DNA of 64,000 bases from Candidatus Eiseniibacteriota bacterium (GCA_963725865.1 CAVSAC010000010.1:1056001-1120000), one strand, 5' to 3'; numbered from the stretch's first letter, positions 39,017-49,544 are shown. The notes: generated from the sequence alone by a model not told the origin. Numbers and translations are program-made.

Positions 39017-39810
39017 GCGCCCGCCTCCGCGGCGAACGGCGCGGCGTCGCCCAGGTAGGCCTCGATCACCTTGGGGTCGGTGCGGATCTGGTCGGGCGTG
39101 CCCTCGGCGATCTTGACGCCGTAGTCGAGCACGGCGATCCGCCGGCACACGCCCATCACCACGCGCATGTCGTGCTCGATGAGCAGGATGGTGACCTCGA
39201 AGCGGGTCTGGATGTCGCGGATGAGACGCATCAGCGCCTCGCTCTCCTGCGGATTGAGGCCCGCGGCGGGCTCGTCGAGCAGCAGCAGGCGCGGCTTTCC
39301 GGCCAGCGCCCGCGCGATCTCGAGCCGGCGCTGCTGGCCGTAGGGCAACTCCGACGCCAGCGTGTCGCGCCATCCCGCCAGGCCCATCAGCTCCAGCAGG
39401 GCGTCGGCGTCGCGCGTCATCGACGCCTCCTCGCGCTCGAACGCCGGCGTGCGCAGCAACGCGGCGGCGAGCCCGGCGCGCGCGTGATGGTGGGCCGCGA
39501 TCAGCACGTTGTCGCGGCAGCTGCGCGAGGCGAACAGCCGGATGTTCTGGAACGTGCGCGTGATCCCGCGGCGCGCGATCGCGTGCGGTCGCAGGCCCTG
39601 GATCGCGCGGCCCTCGAACAGCACCCGTCCATGGCTCGGCGCGTACACGCCGGTGATGACGTTGAACACGGTCGTCTTGCCGGCGCCGTTGGGGCCGATC
39701 AGGCCGACCAGCTCGCCGCGGCCGACCTGGAGCGTGAGGTCGCAGCAGGCCTTGAGCCCGCCGAACTGCATGGTGACCGTGTCGAGCTCCAGGAGGACGT
39801 CGGGGTTCAC
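39013..39810 (-). CDS. livG: Branched-chain amino acid ABC ATPase
   Basis: GPNGAGKT, RTFQNIRLF, LPYGQQRRLE, DPKVIEAYLG. Confidence 0.92.
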   Translation of the reverse strand: MNPDVLLELDTVTMQFGGLKACCDLTLQVGRGELVGLIGPNGAGKTTVFNVITGVYAPSHGRVLFEGRAIQGLRPHAIARRGITRTFQNIRLFASRSCRDNVLIAAHHHARAGLAAALLRTPAFEREEASMTRDADALLELMGLAGWRDTLASELPYGQQRRLEIARALAGKPRLLLLDEPAAGLNPQESEALMRLIRDIQTRFEVTILLIEHDMRVVMGVCRRIAVLDYGVKIAEGTPDQIRTDPKVIEAYLGDAAPFAAEAGA

Positions 39811-40793
39811 GCGCTCCCCCCGGCCGGTTTGCGGCGCAGGAACCCCGGCAGCCCGAGCTCGCGGTAGCCCAGCAGGCCCTGGGGGCGCGTGATCATCAGC
39901 ACGATGAGCATCAACGAGTAGATCACCATGCGGTACTCCTTCACCGGCCGCAGCACCTCGGGCAGCAGGGTCAGGATGATCGCCGCGAGCACCGAGCCGG
40001 ACACGCTGCCCATCCCGCCCAGCACCACCATCGCGATGATCTCGATGCTCTTGATGAACGTGAACGAGTTCGGGTTGAGGTACGACAGGTAGTGTGCGAA
40101 CAGGCCGCCCGCGACGCCGGCGAAGAACGCGCCGAGCACGAATGCGAGCACCTTGTAGGCGGTGGTATCCACGCCCAGTGCCTCCGCCGCCACCTCGTCG
40201 TCGCGGATCGCGAACAGCGCGCGGCCGTGGGTGCTCAGTGCCAGGCGGCGCGAGACCAGCACGACCAGCACCACACCGAGCCCGACCCAGAACACGCCCG
40301 CCCAACCGGGGATCCCCGGCAGCCCGCGCGCGGCGCCGACCGCGTCGACGTTCGTGATGACCACGCGGATGATCTCGCCGAAGCCGAGCGTGACGATCGC
40401 CAGGTAGTCGCCGCGCAACCGCAGCGACGGCAGGCCGACCAGCCAGCCCGCGAGCGCGGCGAGCAGCCCGCCCGCCAGCAGCGCGATCAACAGCGCGGTG
40501 CCCGCGGCGATCACCGGCGGCACCCCGAGCCCGGTCCACGCCGTCACCCACCCCTGGCCGACGTGCAGCGAGAACATCGCCGAGGCGTACGCCCCGACCG
40601 CCATGAAGCCGGCGTGGCCGATCGAGAACTGCCCCGTGAATCCGTTCACCAGGTTGAGCGAAACGGCGAGGATCACGTTGATGCCGCACAGCACGACGAT
40701 CTGGAGCACGTAGGGATTCACCAGGCGCGGCAGCAGCAAGTCGAGTGCGATCAGCAGCCCGATCCCGACGAGAGCGCGCACCAGCCGCATCAT
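39807..40793 (-). CDS. livM: Branched-chain amino acid ABC permease
   Basis: LRLRGDYLAIVTLGFGEI. Confidence 0.92.
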   Translation of the reverse strand: MMRLVRALVGIGLLIALDLLLPRLVNPYVLQIVVLCGINVILAVSLNLVNGFTGQFSIGHAGFMAVGAYASAMFSLHVGQGWVTAWTGLGVPPVIAAGTALLIALLAGGLLAALAGWLVGLPSLRLRGDYLAIVTLGFGEIIRVVITNVDAVGAARGLPGIPGWAGVFWVGLGVVLVVLVSRRLALSTHGRALFAIRDDEVAAEALGVDTTAYKVLAFVLGAFFAGVAGGLFAHYLSYLNPNSFTFIKSIEIIAMVVLGGMGSVSGSVLAAIILTLLPEVLRPVKEYRMVIYSLMLIVLMITRPQGLLGYRELGLPGFLRRKPAGGSA

Positions 40794-40797
40794 CGCG

Positions 40798-41700
40798 TCA
40801 CACCTTCTCCGCGACGCTGCGCCCGAGGATGCCGGATGGACGCACGAGCAGGATGAGGATGAGCAGCACGAACGCGATCGCGTCGCGGTAGGTCGGCGAG
40901 ACGTAGCCGACCACCATCACCTCGGCCACACCCATCACCAGCCCGCCGAGCACGGCGCCCGGAAAGTTCCCGATGCCGCCGAGCACCGCGGCGACGAACG
41001 CCTTGAGGCCCGGCATGATGCCCATGTAGGGCTCGATCTTGGGGTTCTGCAGCGCCACCAGCACGCCCGCCGCGGCCGCCAGCATCGAGCCGATCAGGAA
41101 CGTGAACGAGATGATGCGGTCGACCGAGATGCCCATCATCGCCGCCGCGGTCGGATTCATGGACACCGCCTGCATGGCCTTGCCGACCCGCGTGTACTGC
41201 ACGACCGTGCGCAGCGCCACCATCAGCGTGACCGACACCACGATCACGATCAGCTGCTGGTTCGAGATCGTCACGCCGCCCCCGAGCGCCAGGTTCGACG
41301 AGCGGATGAGCTGCGGGAAGAACTTGGGGTCGGCGCCGAACAGGATCCGCCCGCCGTTCTCGAGCAGCAGCGAGACGCCGATCGCGGTGATCAGCGCAGC
41401 CAGGCGGGAGGAGCCGCGCACGGGCCGGTACGCGAAGCGCTCGATGACCACGCCCACCAGGCCACTGCCCAGCATCGCGATCAGCAGCACGACCAGCGCG
41501 CGTGCCGGGCTCGGGTCGTTCGTCGCGCCCAGCCAGCGCGCGGAGTACCAGCCGAGGAACGCCCCCAGCATGTAGATGTCGCCGTGCGCGAAGTTGATGA
41601 GCCGCAGGATGCCGTACACCATCGTGTAGCCGAGCGCGATGAGCGCGTACACGCTGCCCCACGTGATTCCGTTGACGAGCTGCTGGAGGAATACCGACAC
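40798..41700 (-). CDS. livH: Branched-chain amino acid ABC permease
   Basis: GSVYALIALGYTMVYGIL.LINFAHG, KAFVAAVLGGIG. Confidence 0.93.
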   Translation of the reverse strand: MSVFLQQLVNGITWGSVYALIALGYTMVYGILRLINFAHGDIYMLGAFLGWYSARWLGATNDPSPARALVVLLIAMLGSGLVGVVIERFAYRPVRGSSRLAALITAIGVSLLLENGGRILFGADPKFFPQLIRSSNLALGGGVTISNQQLIVIVVSVTLMVALRTVVQYTRVGKAMQAVSMNPTAAAMMGISVDRIISFTFLIGSMLAAAAGVLVALQNPKIEPYMGIMPGLKAFVAAVLGGIGNFPGAVLGGLVMGVAEVMVVGYVSPTYRDAIAFVLLILILLVRPSGILGRSVAEKV

Positions 41701-41706
41701 GCGGGC

Positions 41707-42915
41707 TTACGGGTTGACGGTGGTGGCGTACTTCTTCTTGCCCGCCTCGATCGCGATCACGACCGCCGGCTTGGTCGCGTTGCGGTGGGCGTCGAGCGTG
41801 ATGTTGCCGGTCACCCCGGGGAAGTTCGTCGTCCCGGCGATCAGATCGCGCAGCCGCTTCTCGGCCGCCTGGCGCTGCGGCGTGCCCGCCTTGTTGCTGG
41901 AGAACGCCTTGAACCCGGCGGGATCCTGCTCGGCCAGCTGCTGGAGCGCGCCGAACAGCACGCGTCCGGCGTCGTACGCCAGCCCCGCGATCGCATCGGG
42001 CTCGGCGCCGAACTTGGCCTGATAGGCCTTGAGGAACGATTGGAGCGTCGGATCGGGGTTGTCGACCGCGAAGTGGTTCGAGTAGAAGCAGCCGTCCATC
42101 GCCTCGCCGCCGATCGCGATCAACTGCTCGCTCTCCCATCCGTCGCCGCCGAGCAGCGGCACCTTCAGCCCCAACTCGCGCGCCTGGCGCGCGATCAGGC
42201 CCACGTCGGTGTAGTAGCCCGGCACGAACAGCGCCTGCGGCGACTTGCTCTTGACGGCGGTCAGCTGGGCGCGGAAGTCCTGGTCGCCGGCGCTGTACGA
42301 CTGCTCGATCACGACCTCCCCGCCGCGGGCCTTGAACGCGGAGGTGAAGAAGTCGGCGAGCCCCACGCTGTAGTCGTTGCGCACGTCCTTGAGGATCGCG
42401 ACCTTCGTGAGGTGGAGGTTCTCCGCCGCGAACTTGGCCATCACCGTGCCCTGGAACGGGTCGATGAAGCACATGCGGAAGATGAAGTCGCCCTTCTCGG
42501 TCACCGCGGGATTGGTCGACGACGGCGAGATCATCGGTACGCCCGCCTGCTGGCAGATCGGCGCCGCGGCGAGGCTGCGCGACGAGGCGACCTCGCCCAC
42601 CACGGTGATCACGCGGTCCTGGTTGACCAGCTTCTGCACCACGGTCGCCGCCTCCTCGGGGCGCCCCTGGTCGTCCTCCACCACCAGCCGCACCGGCAGG
42701 CCGCCGATCTTGCCTTCTTTCTGCGCCTGCAGCTCGGCGAGGGCCAGCTCCATGCCGTTCTTGGTCGACTGGCCAAACGTCGCGTCGTTGCCGGTGAGCG
42801 AGCCGTAGACGCCGACGACGAGCTCGTCCGACGCGGAGCCGCCGCAGCCCGCCATGGCGAATGCCCCGGCGAACAGCACCGCGCCCGCGAGGGCCCGCGC
42901 GATGCGAGTGGTCAT
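41707..42915 (-). CDS. Branched-chain amino acid ABC substrate-binding lipoprotein (LivJ/K family)
   Basis: Lipobox MAGC; SLTGNDATFG, STNP, FRMCFID. Confidence 0.9.
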   Translation of the reverse strand: MTTRIARALAGAVLFAGAFAMAGCGGSASDELVVGVYGSLTGNDATFGQSTKNGMELALAELQAQKEGKIGGLPVRLVVEDDQGRPEEAATVVQKLVNQDRVITVVGEVASSRSLAAAPICQQAGVPMISPSSTNPAVTEKGDFIFRMCFIDPFQGTVMAKFAAENLHLTKVAILKDVRNDYSVGLADFFTSAFKARGGEVVIEQSYSAGDQDFRAQLTAVKSKSPQALFVPGYYTDVGLIARQARELGLKVPLLGGDGWESEQLIAIGGEAMDGCFYSNHFAVDNPDPTLQSFLKAYQAKFGAEPDAIAGLAYDAGRVLFGALQQLAEQDPAGFKAFSSNKAGTPQRQAAEKRLRDLIAGTTNFPGVTGNITLDAHRNATKPAVVIAIEAGKKKYATTVNP

Positions 42916-43119
42916 GATCGCCTCCTGGGTGGTGGTCCCGCCGCGCGCGACCGGGTCGGTCGTGCCGGGATGAGGGATACCCGAGTGCGTGGATGGAGCC
43001 GCGAAGTGGTAGCACGCACGCGCGCGAAGCGGCAAGGTGGATGTTGGGCGCGGCCGGGGCGTCGAACCGCCGCGCGCGTCCTTGTGGCGCCCGCGAGCCG
43101 GATGCTAGGGTGCCGCGTC

Positions 43120-45579
43120 ATGGATCCGCGCGCGCGCTCGCTGCTGCGCCGCTGTCTCCGCCGGCTGGCCCCCGCCGCCCTGGCGCTGGCCGCGACCCTC
43201 ACCGCCGTTGCCGGGTGCGCCCACGCCCCGGCGCGCCCCGGCCGCCCGCGGCCCGGGCCGACTCCTCCGCCCGCCACCCGCCCGCGCCCCGGCTACGAGG
43301 CGCTGCGCGACTCGCTGCAGGCGGTCGACCCCGCGGTGCTGCGGGGGCGCCGGATCGTGCTCGATCCCGGCCACGGCGGGTTCTTCGCCGGCTCGCGCGG
43401 CGTGAACGGCCTGACCGAGGCGGCGGTCAACCTCGACGTGGCGCTGGCGCTGCGCGACCTGCTGGTGGCCGCCGGCGCCGAGGTCCGCATGACGCGCGAG
43501 ACCGACCGCGACTACCTGAGCCCGGCGGACAGCAGCCTGCACGCCGACCTCGGCGAGCGGGTGCGGATCGCGAACGCGTTCGCGCCCGAACTGTTCGTGT
43601 CGGTCCATCACAACGCCGACGCGCGCGGCTCGCACGACGTCAACGAGATCCAGACCTACTACAAGCTCACCGACGACGGCCCCTCGCTGGACGCCGCCCG
43701 CGCGATGCACCGCGCGCTCACGCGCAACCTGTCGATCGCCGCGCACCGGATCATCCCCGGCAACTACTACGTGCTGCGCCACGTCGAGGCGCCCGCGATC
43801 CTGACCGAGTCGAGCTACCTGACGAACCCCGATGTCGAAGCGAAGCTGGCGAGCCCCGAGAAGCGCCGGCTCGAGGCGCAGGCGCTGTATCTCGGCATCG
43901 CCGGCTTCTTCGCGCGCGGGGCGCCGGAGATCGTGACGTTCGGCAAGGCGATGGAGGGGTCGGGCATCCCGGCGGACGGCTTCTACGATCCATACCCCTG
44001 GCTCGCCGTGCGGGTGCACGGGGCGTTCGACCAGGTCGAGATGACCGTGGACGGCGAGGCAGTCGCCACCGTGGTGGCGGGCGACTCGATCCAGTGGCGC
44101 GCGACTCGAGGCTACGAACGCGGCGTGCACGTCGCGGCGCTGCGTGTCGGGCTCGCGGGTGCCGGCTGGTCGGCAACGCATCGATTCACGTTCCGCGTCC
44201 TCGCGAGCCTGGGCCGACTGGTCGCGGAGTTCCCCGATCAGCTCGGGTGGGATGGGAAGCAGCCGCTGGGCCTGCGTGTCCAGGTGCTCGACGCCAACGG
44301 GCTTCCGTATCGCGATTCGGTGGGCATCCGCGTGCGCGACCTCGACCCACGACTGCTGTTGCCCGCCGACACGGTGATCACGGCCCGCGACGGCGTCGCA
44401 TGGGCCTACTTCCGTCGCTCGGCGAGGAAGTCGGCACGGCGCGCGCCCGGCGTGGACGTGAGCGTGGAGCAGTGGCCACCCGAGATGGTCTCCGTCGAGG
44501 ACGGGGAGGGCGAGCCCATGGTGGCGCCGGTGACGAAGGGCATCCCCTATTTTCCCCACGGCCTCCCGGCTCGGCCCGAGGCCCGGCCATTCACGCGTAC
44601 CGGCTTCGCGCGTCTGATCCCCGGGGACTCGGCCTTGCGCGACGCGCCCGGCACACGCGAGCCCGACCCCGCGGTGCGCTGGATCAATCGCGACGGCTTC
44701 GTGAACCTGTGGCGGGACTCGCTCGGCCACGTCGCGATCCCCGCGCTCGCCGGCTACCGCGCGCTGCCGCCCGACACCGCGTGGCCGCCGCGCTTCGTCG
44801 CGATCGCGGGCGGCGCGCTGATCGGGCGCCGCATCGCGCTCGATCCCGAGGGCGGCGGCGACGCCGACGCCGGCACCGGGCCGAGCGGCGCGCGCGCCGC
44901 CGACCTCAATCTCGACGTCGCGCGCGCGCTCGCGGGCTTCCTCACGGCCGCCGGCGCCGAGGTGACGTTGCTGCGCGACGGCGATCGCGCGCTCGCCGAC
45001 CTCGAGCGGGTGCGGGCGGCCGAGACCTTCGGCGCCGAGCGCTACCTGCGCATCGGGCACCGCGCGGGGCCGCCGGTGCTCGGGTACTGGTTCGGCAGCA
45101 GCGCCGGACGCGCGTGGGCACAGCGCACGGCCGACGCACTCGCTGCGGTCGGCCTGCCCGCCCCGCCGGTCGCCGAGGAGGCCCAGTACGCGCTCCAGCA
45201 GGCCTCGGCGACCGCGCTCTACGCCTCGATCGCGCGGGTCGACAGCGCCGCCGACGAGGAGCGCCTGCTCGCTCCCGGCGCGCGGCGCGCCGAGGCGTAC
45301 GCGCTCTACCTCGCGCTGGTCCAGGGTTTCGCGCCGGCGTTCGAGCTGGCGGTGGATTCCCTCACCGTCGCCGACGCGGCGGGCCAGCCGGTGGCGGATG
45401 CCGCGGTGACGCTCGGCGGAACGATCACGCTGCGGTCCGACGCGCGCGGGCAGGTGCGGTTCGCCCGCACCGAGCCGGGCTCGCTGGAGGCCGTGGTCGC
45501 GGATCGGCGCGTGAGCGCCCGCGCCCTTCTGCTAGACTCCTCTCGGGGTGTCGTCCTGACCGGGCCGCCCACGCGCTGA
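43120..45579 (+). CDS. N-acetylmuramoyl-L-alanine amidase lipoprotein with two Amidase_3 domains (second degenerate)
   Basis: IVLDPGHGG..E.AVNL..FVSVHHNA..ILTE; second domain IALDPEGGG..ADLNL. Confidence 0.85.
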   Translation: MDPRARSLLRRCLRRLAPAALALAATLTAVAGCAHAPARPGRPRPGPTPPPATRPRPGYEALRDSLQAVDPAVLRGRRIVLDPGHGGFFAGSRGVNGLTEAAVNLDVALALRDLLVAAGAEVRMTRETDRDYLSPADSSLHADLGERVRIANAFAPELFVSVHHNADARGSHDVNEIQTYYKLTDDGPSLDAARAMHRALTRNLSIAAHRIIPGNYYVLRHVEAPAILTESSYLTNPDVEAKLASPEKRRLEAQALYLGIAGFFARGAPEIVTFGKAMEGSGIPADGFYDPYPWLAVRVHGAFDQVEMTVDGEAVATVVAGDSIQWRATRGYERGVHVAALRVGLAGAGWSATHRFTFRVLASLGRLVAEFPDQLGWDGKQPLGLRVQVLDANGLPYRDSVGIRVRDLDPRLLLPADTVITARDGVAWAYFRRSARKSARRAPGVDVSVEQWPPEMVSVEDGEGEPMVAPVTKGIPYFPHGLPARPEARPFTRTGFARLIPGDSALRDAPGTREPDPAVRWINRDGFVNLWRDSLGHVAIPALAGYRALPPDTAWPPRFVAIAGGALIGRRIALDPEGGGDADAGTGPSGARAADLNLDVARALAGFLTAAGAEVTLLRDGDRALADLERVRAAETFGAERYLRIGHRAGPPVLGYWFGSSAGRAWAQRTADALAAVGLPAPPVAEEAQYALQQASATALYASIARVDSAADEERLLAPGARRAEAYALYLALVQGFAPAFELAVDSLTVADAAGQPVADAAVTLGGTITLRSDARGQVRFARTEPGSLEAVVADRRVSARALLLDSSRGVVLTGPPTR

Positions 45580-45607
45580 GCGCGCGGAACGCGACCCCCG
45601 GGATCTC

Positions 45608-46318
45608 ATGGACCACGGCACTGAGGCCTACTTCCTCGAACGCACGCGGTTCCACCGTCGCCTGGCGGTGGTGGTGCTGCTGGTGAGTGCGGTCCTCGCG
45701 TCGCCGTTCGGGATCAATGGCCTGCTTCCCCGGCCCATCCGTGAGCGCGTGCGCGTCCTGGTCGACCGCGAGTCCGTGCTGTTCGGCTTCGCGGGCCCGG
45801 AGCAGCATCTCGAGCGCGTGACCCTCGACCCCAGCGACGAGAGCTCGAGCGGCGCCCGGCATCCGATCGCGATCCGCACCGTCGTGATCCCCGAGACCCA
45901 CCGCGGCGGCGGCGAGCGCCCGACCGCCAGTCCCGACGCGGAGCGATTCTCGCAGGTGGTCCACCGCCTGCCGATCGGCACCGGCGCCTCGACCGAGGAC
46001 ATCATGGCGCGCGCCATGATGCGCGCGGGCAGCACGCCGGTGTTCCGCTCCGAGGAGCTGGTGATCGAGTCGCTCGTGAAGCCGGAGTACCCCGAGGAGG
46101 CGCGCGCACTGGGGATCGAGGGCCGCGTCGCGCTGATGGCGCTGATCGACACGCTCGGGCAGGTGGCCGACGTGGAGCTGGTCACCGGCGAGGCGGGCGG
46201 CGTGCTCGAGCTCGCGGCGGAGTCCGCGGTGCGCCAGGCGCGCTTCAAGCCCTACCGGCCGGGGGGCGTGAGCCGGCAGGTGTACGCGGTGTTCCGGTTC
46301 GCGTTCCGGCTCTACTGA
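45608..46318 (+). CDS. TonB family energy transducer
   Basis: N-terminal TM; PEYPEEARALGIEGRV...ARFKP C-terminal domain. Confidence 0.85.
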   Translation: MDHGTEAYFLERTRFHRRLAVVVLLVSAVLASPFGINGLLPRPIRERVRVLVDRESVLFGFAGPEQHLERVTLDPSDESSSGARHPIAIRTVVIPETHRGGGERPTASPDAERFSQVVHRLPIGTGASTEDIMARAMMRAGSTPVFRSEELVIESLVKPEYPEEARALGIEGRVALMALIDTLGQVADVELVTGEAGGVLELAAESAVRQARFKPYRPGGVSRQVYAVFRFAFRLY

Positions 46319-47736
46319 GCCGCGACCAGCTTGCCGCGCTGCACCACCGAGACGGGCAGCGTCAGCCCGCGCGCGGCACCGTCGAGGAAGCGCTGCGACG
46401 CGCCCCACGGATCCGCGGTGACGCGGCGCGCCAGTGCGGCGGCCACCTCGGCGGGCGCCAGCGCACCGCCGGCCACCGCATCCGCGATCAGCGTGCCGGC
46501 GATCCAGCCGCGCACCGCGAGGCCGTCCGCGGGCGGCGCGCCACGGGCACTGAGGGCGGTGTCGAGCAGCGCCTGCTCGGCCGCCGGCAGGTGCCAGTCC
46601 TCCGCCACCACCCGCACCCCCTCGAGCAGCCGGCGCACCTCGCCGTGGTAGCGATCCGGCGCCAGCGCCTCGCCGCCGCACACCGTCACCGCGGTGCGCT
46701 GGCTCGCGAGCTCCTGGAATAGCGCCGCGGCCTCGCCCGGTCCGCCGTCCCACACCAGCACCTCGACGCGCGCCGTCGTGAGTGCCTTCACGAGGGTGCG
46801 GAAGTCCCGGTTGCCGCTCGCGTAATGCTCCTGCCACGCCACGGTCGCGCCGGCCGCGGTCGCGGCGGCCAGGAAGCCCGGCACCAGCGTCGCGCCGTCC
46901 GCGGTGCTCGAGACCAGCGCTCCGATGCGACGCGGGCGACCCTCCAGCACCTGCCGCGCGAGCGCCGCACCGCGCTCGCGGCCCGACGGCCCGATCTGCA
47001 GCACCGCGGCACTCGCCGCGCCGAGCTGTTCCTCGGTCGCGGTCGGCGAGAGGACCGGCGTGCCCGTGACGCGCGAGGCGCTCGCGAGCGCCAGCGTGGG
47101 CGTGCTCAGCAGCTCGCCGACCAGAGCGCCGCAGCGGGCGGTCGCCGTATCGAGCGCCGCCGCCACGCGCGCCGGCTCGCTGTTCCCGGTCGAGAGCACG
47201 AGCGGCTCGACTGGCCGCGTGCCGGCGCGCGCGCGCACCGCCAGGGCGGCCTCGACGCCGGCGCGCACCGCGGCGCCGTAGTCGGAGTAGTCGCCCGAGT
47301 CGGGCAGCACCACCGCGACGCGGAACACCGACGCGTCGAGCGACGGGCCGAGGTCCGCGGCGAACGGCGCCAGCGCCCCGGCGGTCTTCGCCGCGCGCTT
47401 GGGATCCACGAGCGCGAGGCGCAGCAGCAGCCGGCGGCGCAGGTCGGTGCGCGCCCCGTCCGCGTGCTCGAGGGCGCTGCTCGCCAGCGCGGCCTCGGCG
47501 CCGCCGAGCGAGCGCGGCGGGCGGCGCAGCACGTACATCAGGTCGGCCAACTCGGCGCGCTTCGCCCAGGCGGCCAACGCGCGGTCACGCTCGGTGGAGG
47601 CCGGCTGCGCGGCGAGCGCGTCGGCCGCGCGCACGTCCGCGGGCACCGGGGCGGCCGCGTGGGCGCCCGCGAACGCGCAGACGATCGCGGGCACCAGCAG
47701 CAGAGCGGCGGCTCGAATGCGGCGGGAGGTCGGCAT
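46312..47736 (-). CDS. Periplasmic binding type-1 fold protein (LpoA/ABC SBP-like)
   Basis: Signal peptide; VAVVLPDSGDYSDYG, LVGELLS, VLSPTA. Confidence 0.65.
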   Translation of the reverse strand: MPTSRRIRAAALLLVPAIVCAFAGAHAAAPVPADVRAADALAAQPASTERDRALAAWAKRAELADLMYVLRRPPRSLGGAEAALASSALEHADGARTDLRRRLLLRLALVDPKRAAKTAGALAPFAADLGPSLDASVFRVAVVLPDSGDYSDYGAAVRAGVEAALAVRARAGTRPVEPLVLSTGNSEPARVAAALDTATARCGALVGELLSTPTLALASASRVTGTPVLSPTATEEQLGAASAAVLQIGPSGRERGAALARQVLEGRPRRIGALVSSTADGATLVPGFLAAATAAGATVAWQEHYASGNRDFRTLVKALTTARVEVLVWDGGPGEAAALFQELASQRTAVTVCGGEALAPDRYHGEVRRLLEGVRVVAEDWHLPAAEQALLDTALSARGAPPADGLAVRGWIAGTLIADAVAGGALAPAEVAAALARRVTADPWGASQRFLDGAARGLTLPVSVVQRGKLVAAQ

Positions 47737-47739
47737 CGG

Positions 47740-48252
47740 CTAGAGGTTGAACTTCCCGAAGTCCTCGGGATTCAGGCGCTCGAGGTAGCGGCGCAGCTCC
47801 TCGGCCTTCTCCTCGGCCGACTTCTCGTGCGGACCCTCCTCGCTCTCGTCCGACTCCGCGGGCGGCGGCTGCAGCAGGGTCTCGTTCACGAAGATCGGCG
47901 CCTTGGCGCGCAGCGCCACCGCGATCGAATCCGAGGGTCGCGCGTCGATCGACAGCTTCTCGCTCTCGCGCTCGACCAGGATGACCGCGAAGAACGTGTT
48001 CTCGCGCAGATCGGTGATCAGCACGCGCGTCACCTGCGCGTGCAGGCCTTCGATCACGAGCTGGATGAGGTCGTGCGTGAGCGGGCGCGGGAACGGCTCG
48101 TCGCCGAGCAGCCGGCGGATGGCCGCGGCCTCGCCGGGCCCGATCCAGATGGGCAGCATGCGCGTCCCATCCAGCTCGCGCAGCACCACGATGTTCTGCT
48201 GGGTCTTGGGCTCGAGGATGAGCCCGTGGACCCGCACCTCGACGAGGTTCAC
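47740..48252 (-). CDS. Bifunctional nuclease family protein (DUF151)
   Basis: LPIWIG..EA.AI, PRPLTHDL, IDARPSDSIAVAL. Confidence 0.92.
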   Translation of the reverse strand: MNLVEVRVHGLILEPKTQQNIVVLRELDGTRMLPIWIGPGEAAAIRRLLGDEPFPRPLTHDLIQLVIEGLHAQVTRVLITDLRENTFFAVILVERESEKLSIDARPSDSIAVALRAKAPIFVNETLLQPPPAESDESEEGPHEKSAEEKAEELRRYLERLNPEDFGKFNL

Positions 48253-49544
48253 GGCTTCTTCGCGTTCCCCTTGCCCGGCGCGTGCGAGTCGCCCGCGCGG
48301 GTAGTGTCGGCGGAGGTCGTGGCGTGCACGCCGTCCGCGTCCATCTGCAACATCGGCGGAGTGTCGTCGGAACGCATGTGCTCGAGCATCCACTGCGCCG
48401 AGGCGGTCAGCTCGGATTTCGGGTACTTCGCCAGCAGCGTCTTGAACGCCTTCTCGGCGTCCTCGTAGTTCTTGAGCTCCTCGGAGTGGATGAAGCCGAT
48501 CATGAACTGCGCCTGCGGCGCCACGTCGGCGTCGGGGAACTGGTCGACCAGCTGCTGGTAGAGCTGGATGCGGTCCTGTGCCGGCCCCGCCTCCTGCGCC
48601 TCCTTGAACAGGTCCCGCGCGCTCTTCTTGGCGGTCACGAAGTCCTTGATCGCGGCCGAGTCCGACGTGACCCCGAGGTCCTTGCGCGCCCGCTCGAGCA
48701 GCCCGCGATAGAAGTCCTGCGAGCGCTGGCCCGAGAGCTGGCGCATGATGAGCGGTCGGACCTGGTCGAACGGCCGCACGCTCTCCTCTTTGCGCGCGTC
48801 CACCTTGAGCAGGTGCCAGCCACGCTCGCTGTGGATCGGGCCGCTCACGGCGCCCTCGGCCAGCGCGAACGCCGACTCGGCGAGCGCCGGCTGCGGGCCC
48901 AGGGGGCCGAACATGCCATCGCGCTGCACCGTGCCGACCAGGCCGCCGCTCGCCCGCGTCAGCGAGTCCGCGGACAGCTTCTTCGCCAGCGCGGCGAAAT
49001 CCGCGCCCTTGGCCCGCACCTGCGGCAGCAGCTTCTTCGCGTCGGCCTCGGTCCTGGCGAGGATGTGACGCACCGTCACCGTCGCCGGCACCTTGTACTC
49101 GCTCAGGTGCTGATCGTAGTAGGCGTGCGCCTCGGAGTCGGTGGGCGCCGGATTCGCGGCCATCGCCTCCGTGAGATAGGTGCGGATGAGCAGATCGCGG
49201 CGCTGCTGCTCGAGCTGCTGCTGGAGCTTCGGACGATCGGCCACACCGGCGCGGGTCGCCGTCACCAGCCACACCTTCTCCTCGACGATGCGCTCGAGGA
49301 GCTGCTGGCGGCCGTCGGGCGTGGTGTACTGCGGACGCACCGACTCGGGGATCTCCTCGAGCCGCTGCTGCACCATCGCGCGGGTGATGACCTCGTTCCC
49401 CACGCGCACCAGCACCGCCGACGTGTCGGACGGTGCGGCACCGCGCGAAGCACGCTTGGAGGCCGGAGCCTTGGCGGCGGCCACCGGCATCGCGAGGGTC
49501 ACCGCGAGCAGACCGCCGATCAGAACCCCGCGCGCGGTCGTCAT
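48249..49544 (-). CDS. Parvulin-type peptidyl-prolyl isomerase with C-terminal TPR
   Basis: VRHIL, FAALAKKLS.D...GG.VG, SGPIHSERGWHL. Confidence 0.88.
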   Translation of the reverse strand: MTTARGVLIGGLLAVTLAMPVAAAKAPASKRASRGAAPSDTSAVLVRVGNEVITRAMVQQRLEEIPESVRPQYTTPDGRQQLLERIVEEKVWLVTATRAGVADRPKLQQQLEQQRRDLLIRTYLTEAMAANPAPTDSEAHAYYDQHLSEYKVPATVTVRHILARTEADAKKLLPQVRAKGADFAALAKKLSADSLTRASGGLVGTVQRDGMFGPLGPQPALAESAFALAEGAVSGPIHSERGWHLLKVDARKEESVRPFDQVRPLIMRQLSGQRSQDFYRGLLERARKDLGVTSDSAAIKDFVTAKKSARDLFKEAQEAGPAQDRIQLYQQLVDQFPDADVAPQAQFMIGFIHSEELKNYEDAEKAFKTLLAKYPKSELTASAQWMLEHMRSDDTPPMLQMDADGVHATTSADTTRAGDSHAPGKGNAKKP

